A stretch of 64,000 bases of DNA from Tubiluchus corallicola (taxonomy: Eukaryota > Animalia > Priapulida). The stretch is taken from NCBI GenBank assembly GCA_030141605.1, contig JAQGDQ010000085.1:558001-622000 (forward strand). The letters are read 5' to 3'. Position numbers and translations under genes: made by a program. The notes beneath the pieces were generated by a model. The model ran no database searches. It worked only from the letters and a program-made list of their open reading frames with translations, and was not told the DNA's origin. Positions 22,039 through 37,108 of the stretch are shown here, in pieces (within the stretch, counting starts at the first letter, position 1; each line of letters opens with the position of its first letter).

Positions 22039-25000
22039 AATTCCAAAAAATTGCTGTTTCTGTGATTTTTCTTCTGACTTGGTGTTGCAAAATTTTCTAT
22101 GTAAAATTTATAATGTTGTAGCAACGTGTATGTGCTAAAAGCAATCTTCAAATACGAAGTTACTAGATTTAACAGTAGATGGCGTCACAATGAATTTTAG
22201 GTGTTTACTGCATGTATAGGTACTGTATTTTTAAACACTGCCCATATTAACTGCGAAAAGTGGCGTGTACCACCAAATTTACCGCGAGCACATTTTGTAA
22301 AAAATACTGAACATATAGCTAAATTGTAAATCACTACCCAAACACACACACCCTTGAATGTTTATAAAAGCATTGAACATAATCTTGTAATAGTGCAAAG
22401 ACAAACGAAAAAAGTTTCAAAATAGCTAGGTAACATTATTTATATTATTAATGTCAATTAAAACATGTTAAAAGATAGCACAACGAGTTCCTTGCAATTT
22501 TTGACTTTATATAAATAACACACGCACAATCGCACAATATATACATTACAATAATGATTATTATTAACTCATTCCAAAGCTCTCCCATATTGTTTCCACC
22601 AGAAGTACTGTACTGAACTTGTACTCAGAAAAATTTTGACTACATTGGTTATAGCTACTTAATATACAACAAATGGCTGCATCTAACTTTGTTGATATGA
22701 ATAAACCGATGCAAACAACTAACACAAAATACTAGGTCTATGGCAACTGTAAGCCGGAAAATAAAACAAAATCTTTCCACAATCTAAAACCTCAGAAATT
22801 TTGTACCACTTTTGATTATATTAAAAAGATACAGTGTGTATGCCCAACTTTGCCACTATTTCTTACATTTTTATACGAGTAAAGCAGGATTCCACAAATC
22901 AGTGCTCGACTAAAGAAAGTTTTCTTTTAAACTGCCAAGCATTTTTTCAGTAAACTAGATGCCTTCGCTTAACCAGACTACATTTTTAATGCAAAAAAGT
23001 GTGAACAATTACGAGACGTGTGCAATTTAGTGAACAGCTTTCATAATTGCTTCCTAAATCACACATTAATTATAGTTATATGTATAATCGTAATTACACT
23101 AAATAAACTGTTTAGGCAATATCTACTTTGATGGTATTTTTAGAGTATGGTATTTCACAGGTAATAATAGCGGATACCAACATAAGTAAGTATTCATGCA
23201 CTCGCCCATAAAAGTGTTATTAGTTTTGCAAGACTAGTCGTGCATACCTAATGTTGTTAAGACATTAGTCCAACAAAATCAAGTAAAATGTGCTGAGCTC
23301 TAGTAATGATTAATGCAATCGAAATAGTTACACGATTGTAACAGCTCATAAGTTTTTCTTTGAAATGGAAAAAACATGTTGATGCCAGCACCAAGACAAT
23401 AAATAACCTAGGCTAACTTCTAGATTAACCTAGATTAAGTGAAATATTTCAGATTCATTTGAGTAAGTATTAAATTATCATTCAATTAGTTTCGTTTCTC
23501 TGGCAGATATTGAGAAAACAATTCAACCAACTTAGGTTTGTTGATTCTTTAGAGAGTCGACTTTCCCTGTCATTGTGGACTTAGAATTATAGTTAACAAG
23601 CTGGTTTTGCAGCTCAATTATACCTTCACCTAAGAGTCTGCCTGAACTGCATTCTGACCCTGTCGCGGACAGGCAAAGTGACTAATTTAACTCATGTCTA
23701 GCTAATGTACACAAGCAATCTTATTATATTAACAATAAGCTAGACAATAATGCTTTCTTGTTGCAGCCAGGAGATGGCATTACACATTTTGCACAATATA
23801 ACATGGCGATGTGGTTATAACACCAGTGCTATTTATCTAAGTATTTAAACATTGCCAATCTTCTAATATAGCTTATGCAATTGCAAATTTAGTAACAATG
23901 GCATATCTGACTTTCATTCATAAGACAGACAGCAGTTCTAAAAGGGGTTCTATCACAATAGGTTTTTAACACATTTTTGTATTTTTACACAGTAAAACTA
24001 AACATCACATCTTCTTTGACTTCTTAAGCAAAATAAGCTAAACTTGACTGAGCATGCACACGTTTGTTCATTCATGCACAGTTAAGCTCCACAATCTTCC
24101 AACAGTTGTGGTATGTATCAAATATATTCTAATTATATCACACAATTCATTCCACCAAGTTATTATACACAAAAGCACATCTCCAATAATCTAAGAAACT
24201 AATTGATATCCAGCATTATTTACAAGATAATGACTCTGAAATTTGATTATATAGTATAGTGTGGTGTGCAAACATTATATAGTTATTACAATGACTGTTT
24301 AGGGGATTTATATACTATAATTGTGGAGTACTTTGGAGTAACATACAGAAGTTTGTCTTGATATAAGATCGGAAATCACAGTGACCATTAACCAAAAAAA
24401 AGTGCACAGCTCCCAGTTTGATGATCAAATGTGCTAAATGTAAATGGTAAGCAGGTTAGATGGCATTAATAATCATAGGGCATAATAATAAAATGCCAGA
24501 GACGAGACTTCAACATTAACGAAAAGCAAAGTCATCAACATCCTATAAGGTACATCTAGACTTAACAGTTACATATACTGACAGCAACTGGTAGATTCAT
24601 TTTGTCAAACTGTCAGATAGCTTGCAGATGGATGTAAGGAAAGCAGTACATTAACGTCAATAATTTCATAGAATGAACAGAAAAAAGAGCAAAATCCAAA
24701 TGCTTTCAAATGAAATATTTCCTCTAATGCCTCTACACACGTCGTCTCAAAACAGGTTACTCCGTAGTACAGGTCACCACATTTTGTGTTTAAATGTAAA
24801 ACGGACAGACAAATTCAACCATAAGAGCATTAGGAAAGGCAAACTAATACTTTAATTACGACCAATTAGAATTTCATTAAATCTAGACCAAGTCAGTGCA
24901 ATGTAACTGCTTTAGCCAAAAAACAGGTAATACATCTTTTTTTTGGATATTTTTGTAATTTTATCAGAAATTTTCAAAATGGGACTCATTGCTTACTAAA

Positions 25001-26454
25001 TGTTTATGCTCACCCAGAGAAGTGTAAAATCACAGTAAAATCTGTAATAATTATACTTATTTTACATATTTTATAAACAGGTTATGTGTGCCAGTAAGCG
25101 CCAGTCAACTGCACTGCAAAGTTTCTTCTAGAAAGTAACTTATATAAGAACTATTGACTCAGAAGTATACAGCATACTTGTATTTTAGGACTTCAGTATT
25201 TATAGTATTCTCATTTAGCACTTCACATTTAACATTCTCTCTAACATAATGAAGGTTTCACTTTAACTAAAAATCGTGCTCCAAAAAAGGGAAACAAGAA
25301 ATTGCTTCATAGACTTATTTCTTGCAAGCACTCTTGAGTATGAGTTTATAATATTTCTTACTGAGATCAATTAACAGTTAGGTTAGCAGAATTATGTGAC
25401 TATGCAAGCAAACAGAGAAAGAATATGTAGCCCTGAAATCAGATACTACATTACCTTTAAAGTATGCAACATGAGATACTCTCAACTATCCTTACTTCAG
25501 GCTTCAAGCTTACTTTTCCTAGTATAGAAAATTAGACACACCGATGTCACAAGATAACAATGCATTTATTTCTTTAGAAGCTTAATGATCTCAAGCTAAA
25601 TCCACAGATGGCCCCCACAAAAACATTAATATACAGGACTAGCATTGTGCAATGAGAGCGCTGGATTTAGTTGTGAAGCTACGAATATAGCATTTTGTAC
25701 TAAAAGATATGGGATTGAGTTATAAGTGGTAAAAATCGCAAAATGAAATATTTCAAACATAAAATAAAACATTTTGCTCAATGGATTTGCAACGGCAAGT
25801 TTCTAGCAACATGATGAATGCAAACTTTCTGCAACATGTTGAATGCTAAGACAATAGTTAATACAGATAACATGTCACAATTGTGGTAGTTTTTCCAAGC
25901 AACACAGTGACTGTACAATGGTACCCCCTCACCGAGAGCCTTGCACTCTAATGAAAACGTATTACTCATCAACACACTCTTCTATATAACAGGAATCAGA
26001 TGAATTTACTCTTATTTTAGGTAATGTTTTGAGCTACTTTTCAACTATTAAAATCTTCTCCACAAAAAGGAACCAAAACAATAATTACAGCGAGATCCTT
26101 TACCATTATTAAAACAGAATACAAATTACACTAATTTGAAAACTTTAAAAAGAATCAAAAGTAATGGCAGCTAAATTATAAATTTTACGCTTGAATATAA
26201 AACCAGTACAACTGCCGCAGTGTCCCGCCATAACAAAGACTAATGCTTTTTTTGTCTTAAATCTGCTCCTATATTTACATTACATATATAAATTACAACT
26301 GACTGCATTCATTTTTTTAGCATATGCACCCTCAAATGACTAAAACCAAAATCAACTTATATAAACAACATCTATGTACAGTGATCATATTTGCTGATTG
26401 TGACGAACACCCACAACTGGAAAAACTCATCTACGCCACAGATGCTGGCTGGGG

Positions 26455-29400
26455 CTACCCGTAATTCGTTTCATACGTAGAAAGTAAGGCCGCGTCCACA
26501 GGTTCCATACAGGAGGGACAAGTGAAAGACCTCATTAACCAATCATCGATGCACTCCGTGTGGTACGTGTGCATGCATGGCAGAAATCGTATGGGATCAC
26601 CGAATTGAAATTCTACCATACATATGACGCACCTGCAAAATACAGAAACTTGTTAGACAAACTCTGTTTGCACAGTAGTTCTCCAGAGTATACACCTAAA
26701 AGAAGTGATAACACAAGGTTAAACTGATTTAGCAGCATACAGCAAGTTCAGTGACAGATTATGGTGTACAAACAGAGGCACGTCTGAAAATCGAGCGCCA
26801 CAAAGACGGGTGTGTGTGTGTGCAGTAAGTAAGAAATTGCTATAAGACGTGTTGACTTGGTAACCATGCCGATCTATTAATGTGGCCAAGGGTTGCATGA
26901 AAGTGAAAAACACACAAAAATCAAGCACATGAAACGGAAATTTATCAATTAAGTAAATAAAGATTCCAAAAGCTATCTAAAGTAGTTTAACACAATTAAA
27001 ATTCTCCATTCAGCTGTTTTTAGTGTATGGATTCATATTAGGTATGCAATTCATACATACGTTTCAGCAACAAAAAGGCCATGTATTAAGAATTTGATAA
27101 ATTCATATTGCATTTATTTTGAGTATAGTCTATTGAATTGAATCAGACAGTTTCACATAACTGGTACATAGATTCTCCACACAATGCCAACAATACATAA
27201 TTAACATGCAAATAAGTTAAACAAAATTATATTAGAACTTCAACATGGATTTGCATAATATCCTTCTCACTGGAAATTGTGCACAACATAGACTATGAAG
27301 GAGTTAACAATTAAAATAAAACATTGTAAAATTAGTAAATAAAACATTCTCACAGAAGATTAGTTTTATCAAGTTTGAAAATGCTTTGTGTCATTTATAA
27401 TATATTGAATTGTGTATATTATTGTTGAATATATTGAAAGATTGCATATATTAAAAGATTAAGCTCAAGGATGCATTCCCATGAAGCAGTAAATGCATTA
27501 CATCACTATCTGATAGTACAACAATATTAATATTATTAGGAGCCAATACTTCTTTGATTTTGTTGAGCATTAGTGCTCTAAAATTGTATTGTAACAACAT
27601 AAACAAATTTGTTTTATCATTAAACTAAAAACGGGTCAAGAAGGCAAAACAGATCAATATCATGCCTGTATACTGACACAAAAGGAGCTGACAGTCCCAT
27701 TATATAAATGCTAGGTACACTATACTAAAGCCATAGATTAACTATAATAGCATGTATGTATAGCTAACATCAACAGGCTTTTTAGCTGTAGTCAGAAGCC
27801 CTGTGCTGCTGTGCTCTGTTTCTTAAATTCAGACCAAATTAACAATAAAATTCAATTAATTTAACAGATACGGTTTCGTCACCCACTGCAAATGTCGACA
27901 CCTCACACACGTTCAAACACTGAGTATGCCACAACTGCTAAAAGGCTTTTCACTTACACAAAAATTATTTTTACCAGTTCACCTGATTACCAAGTGCTAT
28001 AAAACTGGTTGTTACACGTACTACTAAAATTTCTAGGGTCATAAGCAAGGGCTGCTTGTTTCGAAAGGATTTTCTTTTTAAAGGTACGAAACTTATTTAG
28101 AGAATCACAGGTAGGATGGTAAGAACCTGACCACATAGCTGCAAACACTATACACTGAGGCACACTGCCCGCTGAAAACACTCAAAGGCAGGGCCAACTC
28201 AGCGACACACTTGTGACATGATCGCTGAACCTGACTCATTAACAAGGAAAGACGACCTGCTAAAATGAGCCACTGAACCAGCAGAGATGTCTCACTCACA
28301 CTTTCGGCATGTATAAAAATCCAATATACATCCTCCATCTACAAGGTGTCTAGATAGCCAACGCTTACGCGTGATAAGACACAGAGTCGATATCGAACCC
28401 ACTCCATTCAAACGAAGCACGGGAATTCTACCATTCGACCACAGACCCTTAAACTGAAGCAAAAACAACTTCACTTACTCTCTGTTCTTTTTGCTTCCGT
28501 CATATACACCTGTTGGGAGGTGTTGAATCAGACCTATCCTTTGTGCTATTTTCACCTGTTCATCTTCTGTGAGCTGTGTAACTGGTCGCGTCACGTTCGG
28601 CGCTGGATGGAATACAGGCACATTACGAACACTCTCCTAGAACAAAAAATTGCTATCTGTAATTCCTGATATGGCCACATAACCTCCATTATCAAAATTC
28701 TGATGATTAAAAGATTTGAACGAATGTACATGAATGGGCTCTTATGAAGTGAAAAAGTGAAACAGCCTTTTAAAATCAAAATCAAATCAAAAGCATCGCA
28801 CTGTTAGGGACCTACAATTTTTGTAATCCTTGCACATCTTCAAATTTTTTAATCCTTGTAAGCCTTTAAATCCCAAATTTTAAAATTTCGTCAATAGTTG
28901 TCTCAGCGAATTCACAGTTGTGCAATTCAACAGCCAATGCACAGCGCATTGTAATTCAAACAAGGACTATTGAACTTGAATAACCAAGGTTTGGGAGACA
29001 AAGGTCAATGGTAGTTGAAATTACAACTGCAAAAAATGTCGACTGTTCATTATACAAAAGTTAGAGGTCAATGTTGTCTGCTTCTTTTTCTAGTTACAGG
29101 CCAACTTTGCATAAGTTTGTATTGCTCTTTTTTTCGAAACTCTCATCAAAATAACTAGATCTGCTGAAACAGAGTTCTGTGCCATAGATATGAGGTGCAA
29201 TTAAAACACCAAATTCACAACTGACAGGACAGAAAGTAAGAATGTCTCTTCACATACATAAAAGAAAACGGAAATCTTATTTTACACACTCATTTGCACC
29301 TAAGAGGAAAATTGAAAACCTAAGAGCTAGGAAACGCACGCTGAAGACTGAGAAGGCAATTCAGAATTTTGTTCAGTTTAGCATTTTACATTTTCAGAAA

Positions 29401-32400
29401 TGATTATCAATAATTCTTAAATACGTGTGATCAAACTGCTGATCAATTTCAGTTCAAAATATTTACTATGGAATAGTCTTACCACATTGTTAGCTGCATT
29501 TTGACATAAAATCACGTAACTGGGTTTTTGAGTCTGTCAACTAATACATGTAATTGTCATTCCATGCAAAATAGTAGCTATCTTAGTAATGTCTTAATGT
29601 GTTTATTTGATGTTTTTTGTAAAAGGTGGATTTTTAATGTAAAAAGACTGTGACTACAGAAATTAATGCTAAATAAAAGAAACTTATTATTATTATAACA
29701 GACAGAATGCTGAAGAACGGAATTATACGGCTGCTCCACACAGTTTTTGTATAAATTCTTATACGATCGCTTCAGGAATCAGAATCAATGATTGTTTTAG
29801 CACTGTCGTTACACCTGAGCTGCATATTAGGCTAGGCTGTACATAATTGCATGTTGCAAAATGAAGAGTAGTTATTGTGCATTAGCTGGAAATTGGAACA
29901 CCTAATACAGGGTAGCCACTCCATTACTGTGATGAAAGTTAGATCAATATTTTCTTCTTAAGAAAATGATTAATTGGTTCCTAGCTCAATAACAGCAAAA
30001 GTGCAGTTCAAAGAAGGTAATTTAGACTTTTAGACCGTAATAAAATGTTCGATATTAAACCACAATTTTGTAGCAAAAAACTTTCGATTATTTATTTTAG
30101 AAAACTAACATGCAAATTACTGTAGTTGTGAAAAGTGCTGTATTTGCAGTAAAACACACATTTAAGCACACATTCATGACCTGTGAATCAGAATATCTGC
30201 AATAGCCTTTACATTCGAATGCAAAACTTGTTTGAATTTGTTTCTACACTGAGTTCTACCAGAAGTGCACACATAAGCTTGTAGAAGTATGACTCATGAA
30301 TGACATTGTCTCTCAGTAATACATGCATTTGTAAGTATAATGATAATGATAACAAAAATTTAATGATAATTTTTTGGCATGAACTATTAAAGCAACCAGC
30401 TTCAGCAACCAAATTTAGACAAATTATAGTAGTGGTTCCCGAAAAACTGCTAGTGGTTCAATTTTTGCCCTTCAAATCAATAATTTAATTTTGCTGATTA
30501 ATTTAACATCTCTCGTGTGATTTAGCAAGGATTGGTAAGATGAAGTCACCAAATCAACCAAACTTGTGATGATTTTGTTAATACATTGGAAAAAATCTGC
30601 TCTAGTGACCTACTAGCCATAGACAGTCAATTAACATCAAAGAATGGTTCTCAGACGATGACACATCAGTGATCACCACTCTGCTACCTAAATGCTCTTT
30701 TCTACAACCAGTGGCATCACTGCACACTTCTGATTATATGACAAAAGCAGAAAAGCAGAAACTACATATCTAATAATCAATCCCTAATTCTGAGATCGCG
30801 CACGCTTAAAGCAGCAATACAGCCACATGGCCATGGACTGAATGTATGCTGTGTGGCCGGTCACGGCCAAATAATCATCGACTACTATTATGAGCTACTG
30901 TGTTTGGTCGTGTGGTAATTACGTCTGTTGCCCAAAGGCTTTTCAGCAAATGAAAGTAAAAGGTCGTTGTTGCTGTTCTACTACAAAGAGTCTTTAAGCC
31001 AGAAATGAGACTGCATTTTTCCATGAAAAGCGAAAGTAAAGATCTAGAAAACATGAGAAAAAAATGAAATCAGACTACATACTCGAAAGAAAAGCTAATA
31101 AATATATACGGCAACTACTATTGGATGCAGGCAATGCGGGCATACAACAAGCAGAATTAATACCACACCGTGAGATCTTGAAGTTTATTTTCTACAGCAA
31201 GTAAAGAATGTATGTCATTGTCATTGTAGATATTGACAAAATGATACAATGATAACACATAGTCGAAGAAGAAATTTGATAATTTTGAGCATAATTCAAT
31301 TGATTGGCATAAGAGAATGGTTTAGTGATTAAACCGAAACATTAATTTAATTTAATTAACCAATTAAATAATTTAATTAGTTTGTATTTACAAGCATTAA
31401 TTATTCAAGAAAGTTTTTAATCCAGACGAGAATGAATCTTAGATGTCACACTTTGTACGTATGATATAACAGTGCATCAGAATGTTTCTAATAGTTGTAC
31501 ACTGGCAATCATATTTCACAATTCTATGTAGGTTCTAGTACAAGCTAAAAATTTAATAATTTGACTCAAATTTTCAACTAACACCATATAAAATACAAAT
31601 ACAGTATTAAAATGAAATAAAATACAATGAAATAAAAAATACAAGTTAGTAATTTAAGAGCTAAATAAATTTTAGAAACTAATTATGTAATATTTTATTC
31701 AAATTGCCCACACATCTCATAGGAAAGTCAGCAAGAAAGAAAAATGGCTTATTGAAAATGAGAGGTGCTTATCAGCACAGCTATGTATTACCTACATATA
31801 GCTAGACCCTTCATTCAATACAGGTATGATCTACATTGAAGGTAATGAACACATAGTTGACTAAAGATAAAGGCTACTGTACATGAACCTAAGTAGTTTC
31901 TCATCAGAGCTGTACATAAACAAAACAGTTATTCAAGCCCAAATGGCCTATTTACAAGACTAAGCTGGTATGATTTACAGAACTATAATACCAGGAAGTA
32001 TACTTTATGAAACTATACTTGTGCAAAAATATATTAAAATAAGTGAAAGCCTATATAACATAAAGCCTTAAACCTGACTAAAAAATTTGTCATCTTGAAT
32101 TGTGGAAAGCATTTAAAAGCTAAACTAAAATTTCTCAGTGAGAAACAGATTCATTTAAAGGAAAACTGTGATTTTTCATATCTTACCTATTTGAAGTATG
32201 ATAAAAACACCTATAATAATGACAAATCGCTTTTGATAATTAATTAATATGCTAAAAACTTAATAAGGGTGGGCAAGCTCAAATGGTGATGAAATCACAA
32301 CAGAACATAATTTTCAACAGCACAAATATTCCATGAGCACGCTGCATTTTGCTAACATACAGCTACAACAGACTAATCTAAATGAAAATAGTAAAGCAAG

Positions 32401-33439
32401 AAAACAAAAAAATCCAAAAGGACGCGCTTACAAGCCAAAAAATAATAGTGTTTCACTTCAGTAAATACTGCTGATGGAACCAACAGAATAAATTGGTGAA
32501 TTATCTAGAATTATATTCAGTTAGCCTTACTTCTAGTTCACAAATATGTGCTGTTTGTCCTTCAAATTGGAGCTTCTATCACAAGTCTGGTGCCAGATGA
32601 CTTGAGCAAAGTCAAGTTAATAATATCTGTCATGAAGTATGAAAATCGTAATGCTTTTAATGTTCGCCAAGTTCAGTTCAAGGGCTCAAGATAAAAATCA
32701 CGCGTATAGTGTCTAATTAGCACATTGCAAACAATCTTAATTCTGATTTAAACTTCTGGCTTATAAGTCACAACCAAAACTCAGAACCAATTCAACTGTA
32801 CTGTATTTTTATAGCAGTAGACCAATGGTCAATTTATTGTAACTGCAATTAAGTGTTTATTGCTTCTAACACATGAAAAAGACTATGTACTCTATATTCG
32901 AGAGTTCAAGAAAGAGCAAGCAGTGGCATATTAAGCATTAACACTAGTTTATCGTTAATAACTATGTTTTAAAATATGATTTCTGATTTTTCATGGTCAA
33001 AGACTCATGCATCTTGGCCATTTTTTTATTTGCTGATTCATTATGCAATGAAAATAACTAGTGTAAGAAAAGTTAACACACTTTCAGTGTATCTAGTGCA
33101 GCAATAAAAAACCATATTATCTAAAAAGTAAATGCGCTGTTTTACAAACTATAACCAAAAAGAAAAACTAAAAGTTCGGTGAATTTTTACTGCTTTTCTT
33201 TTTAATTTTTGAATCATAAAGACTATTCCAATGTAGTATGATGTTGACGTTCTAACACTTTAGCTAACAGTCGTTTCGAAAAGTGCTATAAGTAAGAAAT
33301 AGCTAACCTGATAAGGAGGTGGTGGTCCAATTTGATCTCCTGGACCAGGCGAAGATTCTCTGTTGTTTGTGTTTGCAGCATCACTTCCTCTTAATAGACT
33401 AATATCGTCAGATGTGCCCCTTTTTAAGCAGTTACCCAT
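26455..33439 (-). CDS. RNF11: RING finger protein 11 (RING-H2, PY motif), 3 exons, 155 aa
   Basis: Exons 33439-33308 (MGNCLKRGTSDDISLL...PPPPYQ), 28636-28479 (...QLTEDEQVKIAQRIGLIQHLPTGVYDG...) and 26632-26455 (CVICMVEF...FLPCMHTYHTECIDDWLMRSFTCPSCMEPVDAALLSTYETNYG*). GT-AG introns with consistent phases. MGNC acylation motif, PPPY motif and RING-H2 are present. Confidence 0.97.
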
Positions 33440-34367
33440 GTTTGCTAGTAAATAATATTACTTCATAAGGCATCAGACAAAAATATCTTCACAATACATA
33501 ACAAAGGACATCCATAAATTAACAGAAAGGCCAGTGCAATCGCGAAAATTCACATGAAAACAGTGGCCTCTGAACACTTCATAAATGTAATCGCGCGAAC
33601 GAATGTAAAGCAACAAAAGTTTTAATTACGAATTGGCAACAAATAGAAAAACTGAAGTAATTTTTTACCAAGTTTTGTAATTATAAAAACTTAGGAAGTA
33701 CTTTGTGATTTAACTTTGTCAAAAAGTAGGTAAACAAATAATTTTATTTCTTTTAAAGCGAACTAATACAAAAACTCTCATAAATGCAAGACGTCATCCG
33801 TCAGCTGTGCTAAAAAGTAGTTCGACTTGCAGACGTCTGAAGAGTGGCTATGTAATAGTTTTAATAATTTTTTTAATGCAGACGAAAAGAGAAGAAATAG
33901 GGATTTTTTAGTAATCGCAAAAACATTAAAAAATAAGGGAGGTAAATAAATTGTTTTTAAATAAAATTAATGACTTTTAGAATAGGATAAGTTGTATCTA
34001 CGTGTATGATAGCAGTCCATCGATGCGATGAATTAAAGTACCCGTTTCTCCACTTGCATAAAGCTTAAAAAATTCGTCTCGAAATTTTATACCACTTACG
34101 TACAACCTTTTTGCACACAGGGCTTGCGTCTGCAGGAACGCTGTATAAAACCTGCAAATTTAAACTCCAGCGATGACCGTTAGACAGAGCCATTTTGACG
34201 ATAGTTCGATCATTTGAAACAAGTTTAGATAACACCGAGTAAAGTTGAAAAAATAATCAGAGCATTCGTAGTGCACATGTCACTATCTAACTAAAATTTT
34301 AAATTACTTTATTTTGTCAAGAAGATTAAAAATACGTTTTTTGGTTAGTGAGTGGTGCACCCTGGAG
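33440..34367. promoter_or_regulatory. Putative bidirectional promoter and 5' UTR exons shared by RNF11 (-) and the FANCC-like gene (+)
   Basis: CpG-enriched stretch upstream of the RNF11 ATG (TCGCGAAA ~33540, TCGCGCGAA ~33591, GACGTCA ~33790). Strong + strand donor GAG|GTGAGT at 34367/34368 with no in-frame ATG, consistent with a non-coding first exon. Confidence 0.5.
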
Positions 34368-34960
34368 GTGAGTCAACGACATTTTACCAGCGAAAAAATA
34401 ATTTTAAACAATTAACAAATGTTCTTTTCTAATTAGCCGAGTCTTTCAAGCAGGTAAGCGAAATGCTAAGTAATATAACTTTGCATGGAAAGTTTTTTGA
34501 GACATAGCTTAACATTTCATTTTCTGCCCTTGATTGACATTGTGCGTATATGACGTCATGTAATGGGGCAGTTTGAATAGTATTGCGGTCTAAAATGGAT
34601 CTAAAATGAAAAAAACCCAAAAGATCCTTTCAACGTGTGTACAATGTAAGCATAAAATTGCTATAAGGTAATGTAATTTCAAGGCGATTTTTCTGAAACC
34701 TACTCCAGGTACTCTTTTTCTAGTCCTTTAAGACTTTCTGAATACTAGCTATTATTCATTTCATTGACGTTTCTATCTATGCATTAAAGTTCAATAAGCA
34801 ATTAAAATGAAGACATCTGCGGCATTTTGTGAAAGTAGTTAATTGCCATCATGTATCTTGTACAGGGTGTAACAACACTTTGCTGTTACTGGCACAATAG
34901 AGAATCAGCAATGCCACTTATACCCTTAATATTTTGGGGGGGGGGGGCTCATTTCTGGGG

Positions 34961-37108
34961 AGTATCTAGCAGCTCAGCTAGCTGGCTGTTGGTTTGCTAA
35001 TACATTAAATCATCACTAGCAGTAGTCAATCTCGCAAATGGAGCATTGGTAAAAAACGGGAAATTTGTTTTGCAAAAAATAAATATCCTCTGAAATTAGA
35101 TTCATCAAAATCAGAAGAAAAGTACTGTAACTCCGGCGTGGCACTAAAACATAATGCTCAGATTGTTATACACTAACTCTTAAAAAACTTGCAGCAAACT
35201 TGTGACTCAGTTGTAAGTCACGTAAATCTTGCAAAACTGAGGGGCATGAATGAAGATTCGAAGAGATCATGGTCGAACTCTAGATTCTTCAATCCATTGC
35301 AGATATTTCACAATCTTGTCTTTTGAACCCATCAGTGGTATGTTCTCACACTATCCCTACAATTAGACTAAAACCAAAAAACTTCTGCTTTCTGGTCAGC
35401 TGCAAATCCTATAACTAAAATGCCTGAATTTTTTGTATGCTGGTTTACTGGAGAAGAGGTTTACAATCGACTATATGCATTTAAATTTTTCTGGGATGTG
35501 TCAGAAGTGCCTGGGAAATTGTTTTAATAACTGTTTTAAAGAGTCCACGCAATACATGCCAAATACATGCACTATGCAGCTAAAATAAAGCATAAATAAT
35601 ATCAGTGTGGTACCATCAAGTAATTATTACTAATTTACCACTTTGTTAAGAGATTTCTTGCAGTAGCATGAGGCCCCCAAAAGTTGTGAGGCTTTGGGCA
35701 ACAGTTACTGTCCAACAAATTGTCAGCAGTGAGTTGATATAATTAATTATTTTGTTCTCGTTGTGTTTATACTTCTGTATGTAGACCCTGTATTTGCCTT
35801 TCAATTTACTTTTCAAACTTAATAACTCAGCTGACCAAATGGCTTTGACACGGATCCCTCAATTTGTTTTTGAATGCACTAATATTTGGGACACTAGTAA
35901 CATATCGTTTGGCATGGCAAGATATTCCAGAAGGCAACAACTCTTTCCATGAAAAAAACGACCTCTTATGTTAGTATGATAGAAACCCTCAAACAGTTTC
36001 ATCGAATGTCCACGCAAATCATAGTTGCAATGAGTCAGGACGAAGAAGTCATCTTTACTCAAGATGGTCAACTCTTTCAAAATTTTGAAACAAACAGAAC
36101 AGCCCGTTTGACCAAACCAATGACTCTGTTTGCTGAGTTTTCGATCCTAGTTATACTCATTCTATTTTAAGTCCTTCAAAATCCATAGGCCCAAATGCTT
36201 CACTTCAGTTGGCAGATTAATTTTAAACTCTCAAAGTTTGTATCTGACATCATACTTGGGTCTAATGCGAAGCAAAGAACGCTTGGTTGGTTTTGGGGTC
36301 AATAGGTACAAGTCACACCATTTTTCTACCTGCAACGCCATGTTTTGTTGATCGATGCTGCCACGGTATGTATGTACTGTAGATATGCCTTTTTATATCA
36401 TCTATATAATTATTATAATACTGACTTACTATTAAAACATCTGGGGAGGTCATCAACAGTTGATTAGGAAACAGTATGGTCTGTATAAGCACTATGGTAT
36501 ACGTAATTTATTTATTTAATTGCGAATAAAAAACATTCAACGAGCAGTAGATGCGTGCTGTGCGTGCGAGCACAAGAAATCACACTCGTTTTATGCAGCA
36601 TTCCGGGCTAAAGTTTCTGGTATTGTGTATAAATGGCGCGGCAAACGCAATCATGTTGTTTTGCAATTTTTGGGTGATTAGTTTTTGATGGTGTTGCAAG
36701 TTGCAAAAACATTTTAAGTATGTCAAGAAGATGTGGAAACCCGTTAATCCGGCTTATATTATTTGATTGATTCAGAGTGATGCAGTTGAATGTTTATAAT
36801 TCAGAAGCTGCGTGCGTATAACAGGCACGAGGCTGTTTGGATAATAAGCGTCACGTGACTTTACACGTTTGGTGCAATTTTTTTTAAGTGATAGGGGCAT
36901 CTTAGTCTTTGAATTGCATTATATTTTAGTACCACGCCGGAGTTATAGTATAAGTCTACTGTTTTTGATTAATCCAATGTCAGAGAATATTTATTTTTTG
37001 CAAAGCAAAGTCACGTTTTTCACCAATGGCTGCATTGGCCTGATTGGCAACTGTTAGTGGCGATTTAATGTCTTAGTAAACTAACAGCTAGCTGAGCTGC
37101 TAAATACT
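34961..37108. mobile_element. ~2.1 kb non-autonomous DNA transposon with ~68-bp TIRs
   Basis: 34961-35030 (AGTATCTAGCAGCTCAGCTAGCTGG...ACATTAAATCATCACTAGCAGTAGTCAAT) is the imperfect reverse complement of 37043-37108. Confidence 0.7.
35850..36090 (-). mobile_element. CR1/L2-type LINE 3' ORF2 remnant nested in the TIR element
   Basis: YDLRGHSMKLF...TNIRGRFF resembles the RGHSLKL...R..FF C-terminal motif of CR1-group reverse transcriptases. Confidence 0.6.

Noticed and set aside
23586-23601. 16-mer ATTATAGTTAACAAGC shared with ~20308
   Set aside because: A single AT-rich match on the same strand, compatible with chance.
35284-35528. Open frame containing ISQSCLLNPSV, faintly like FANCC AKACWNPF
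   Set aside because: It lies inside the 34961-37108 TIR element, has weak splice signals and could not be joined in phase to downstream exons.
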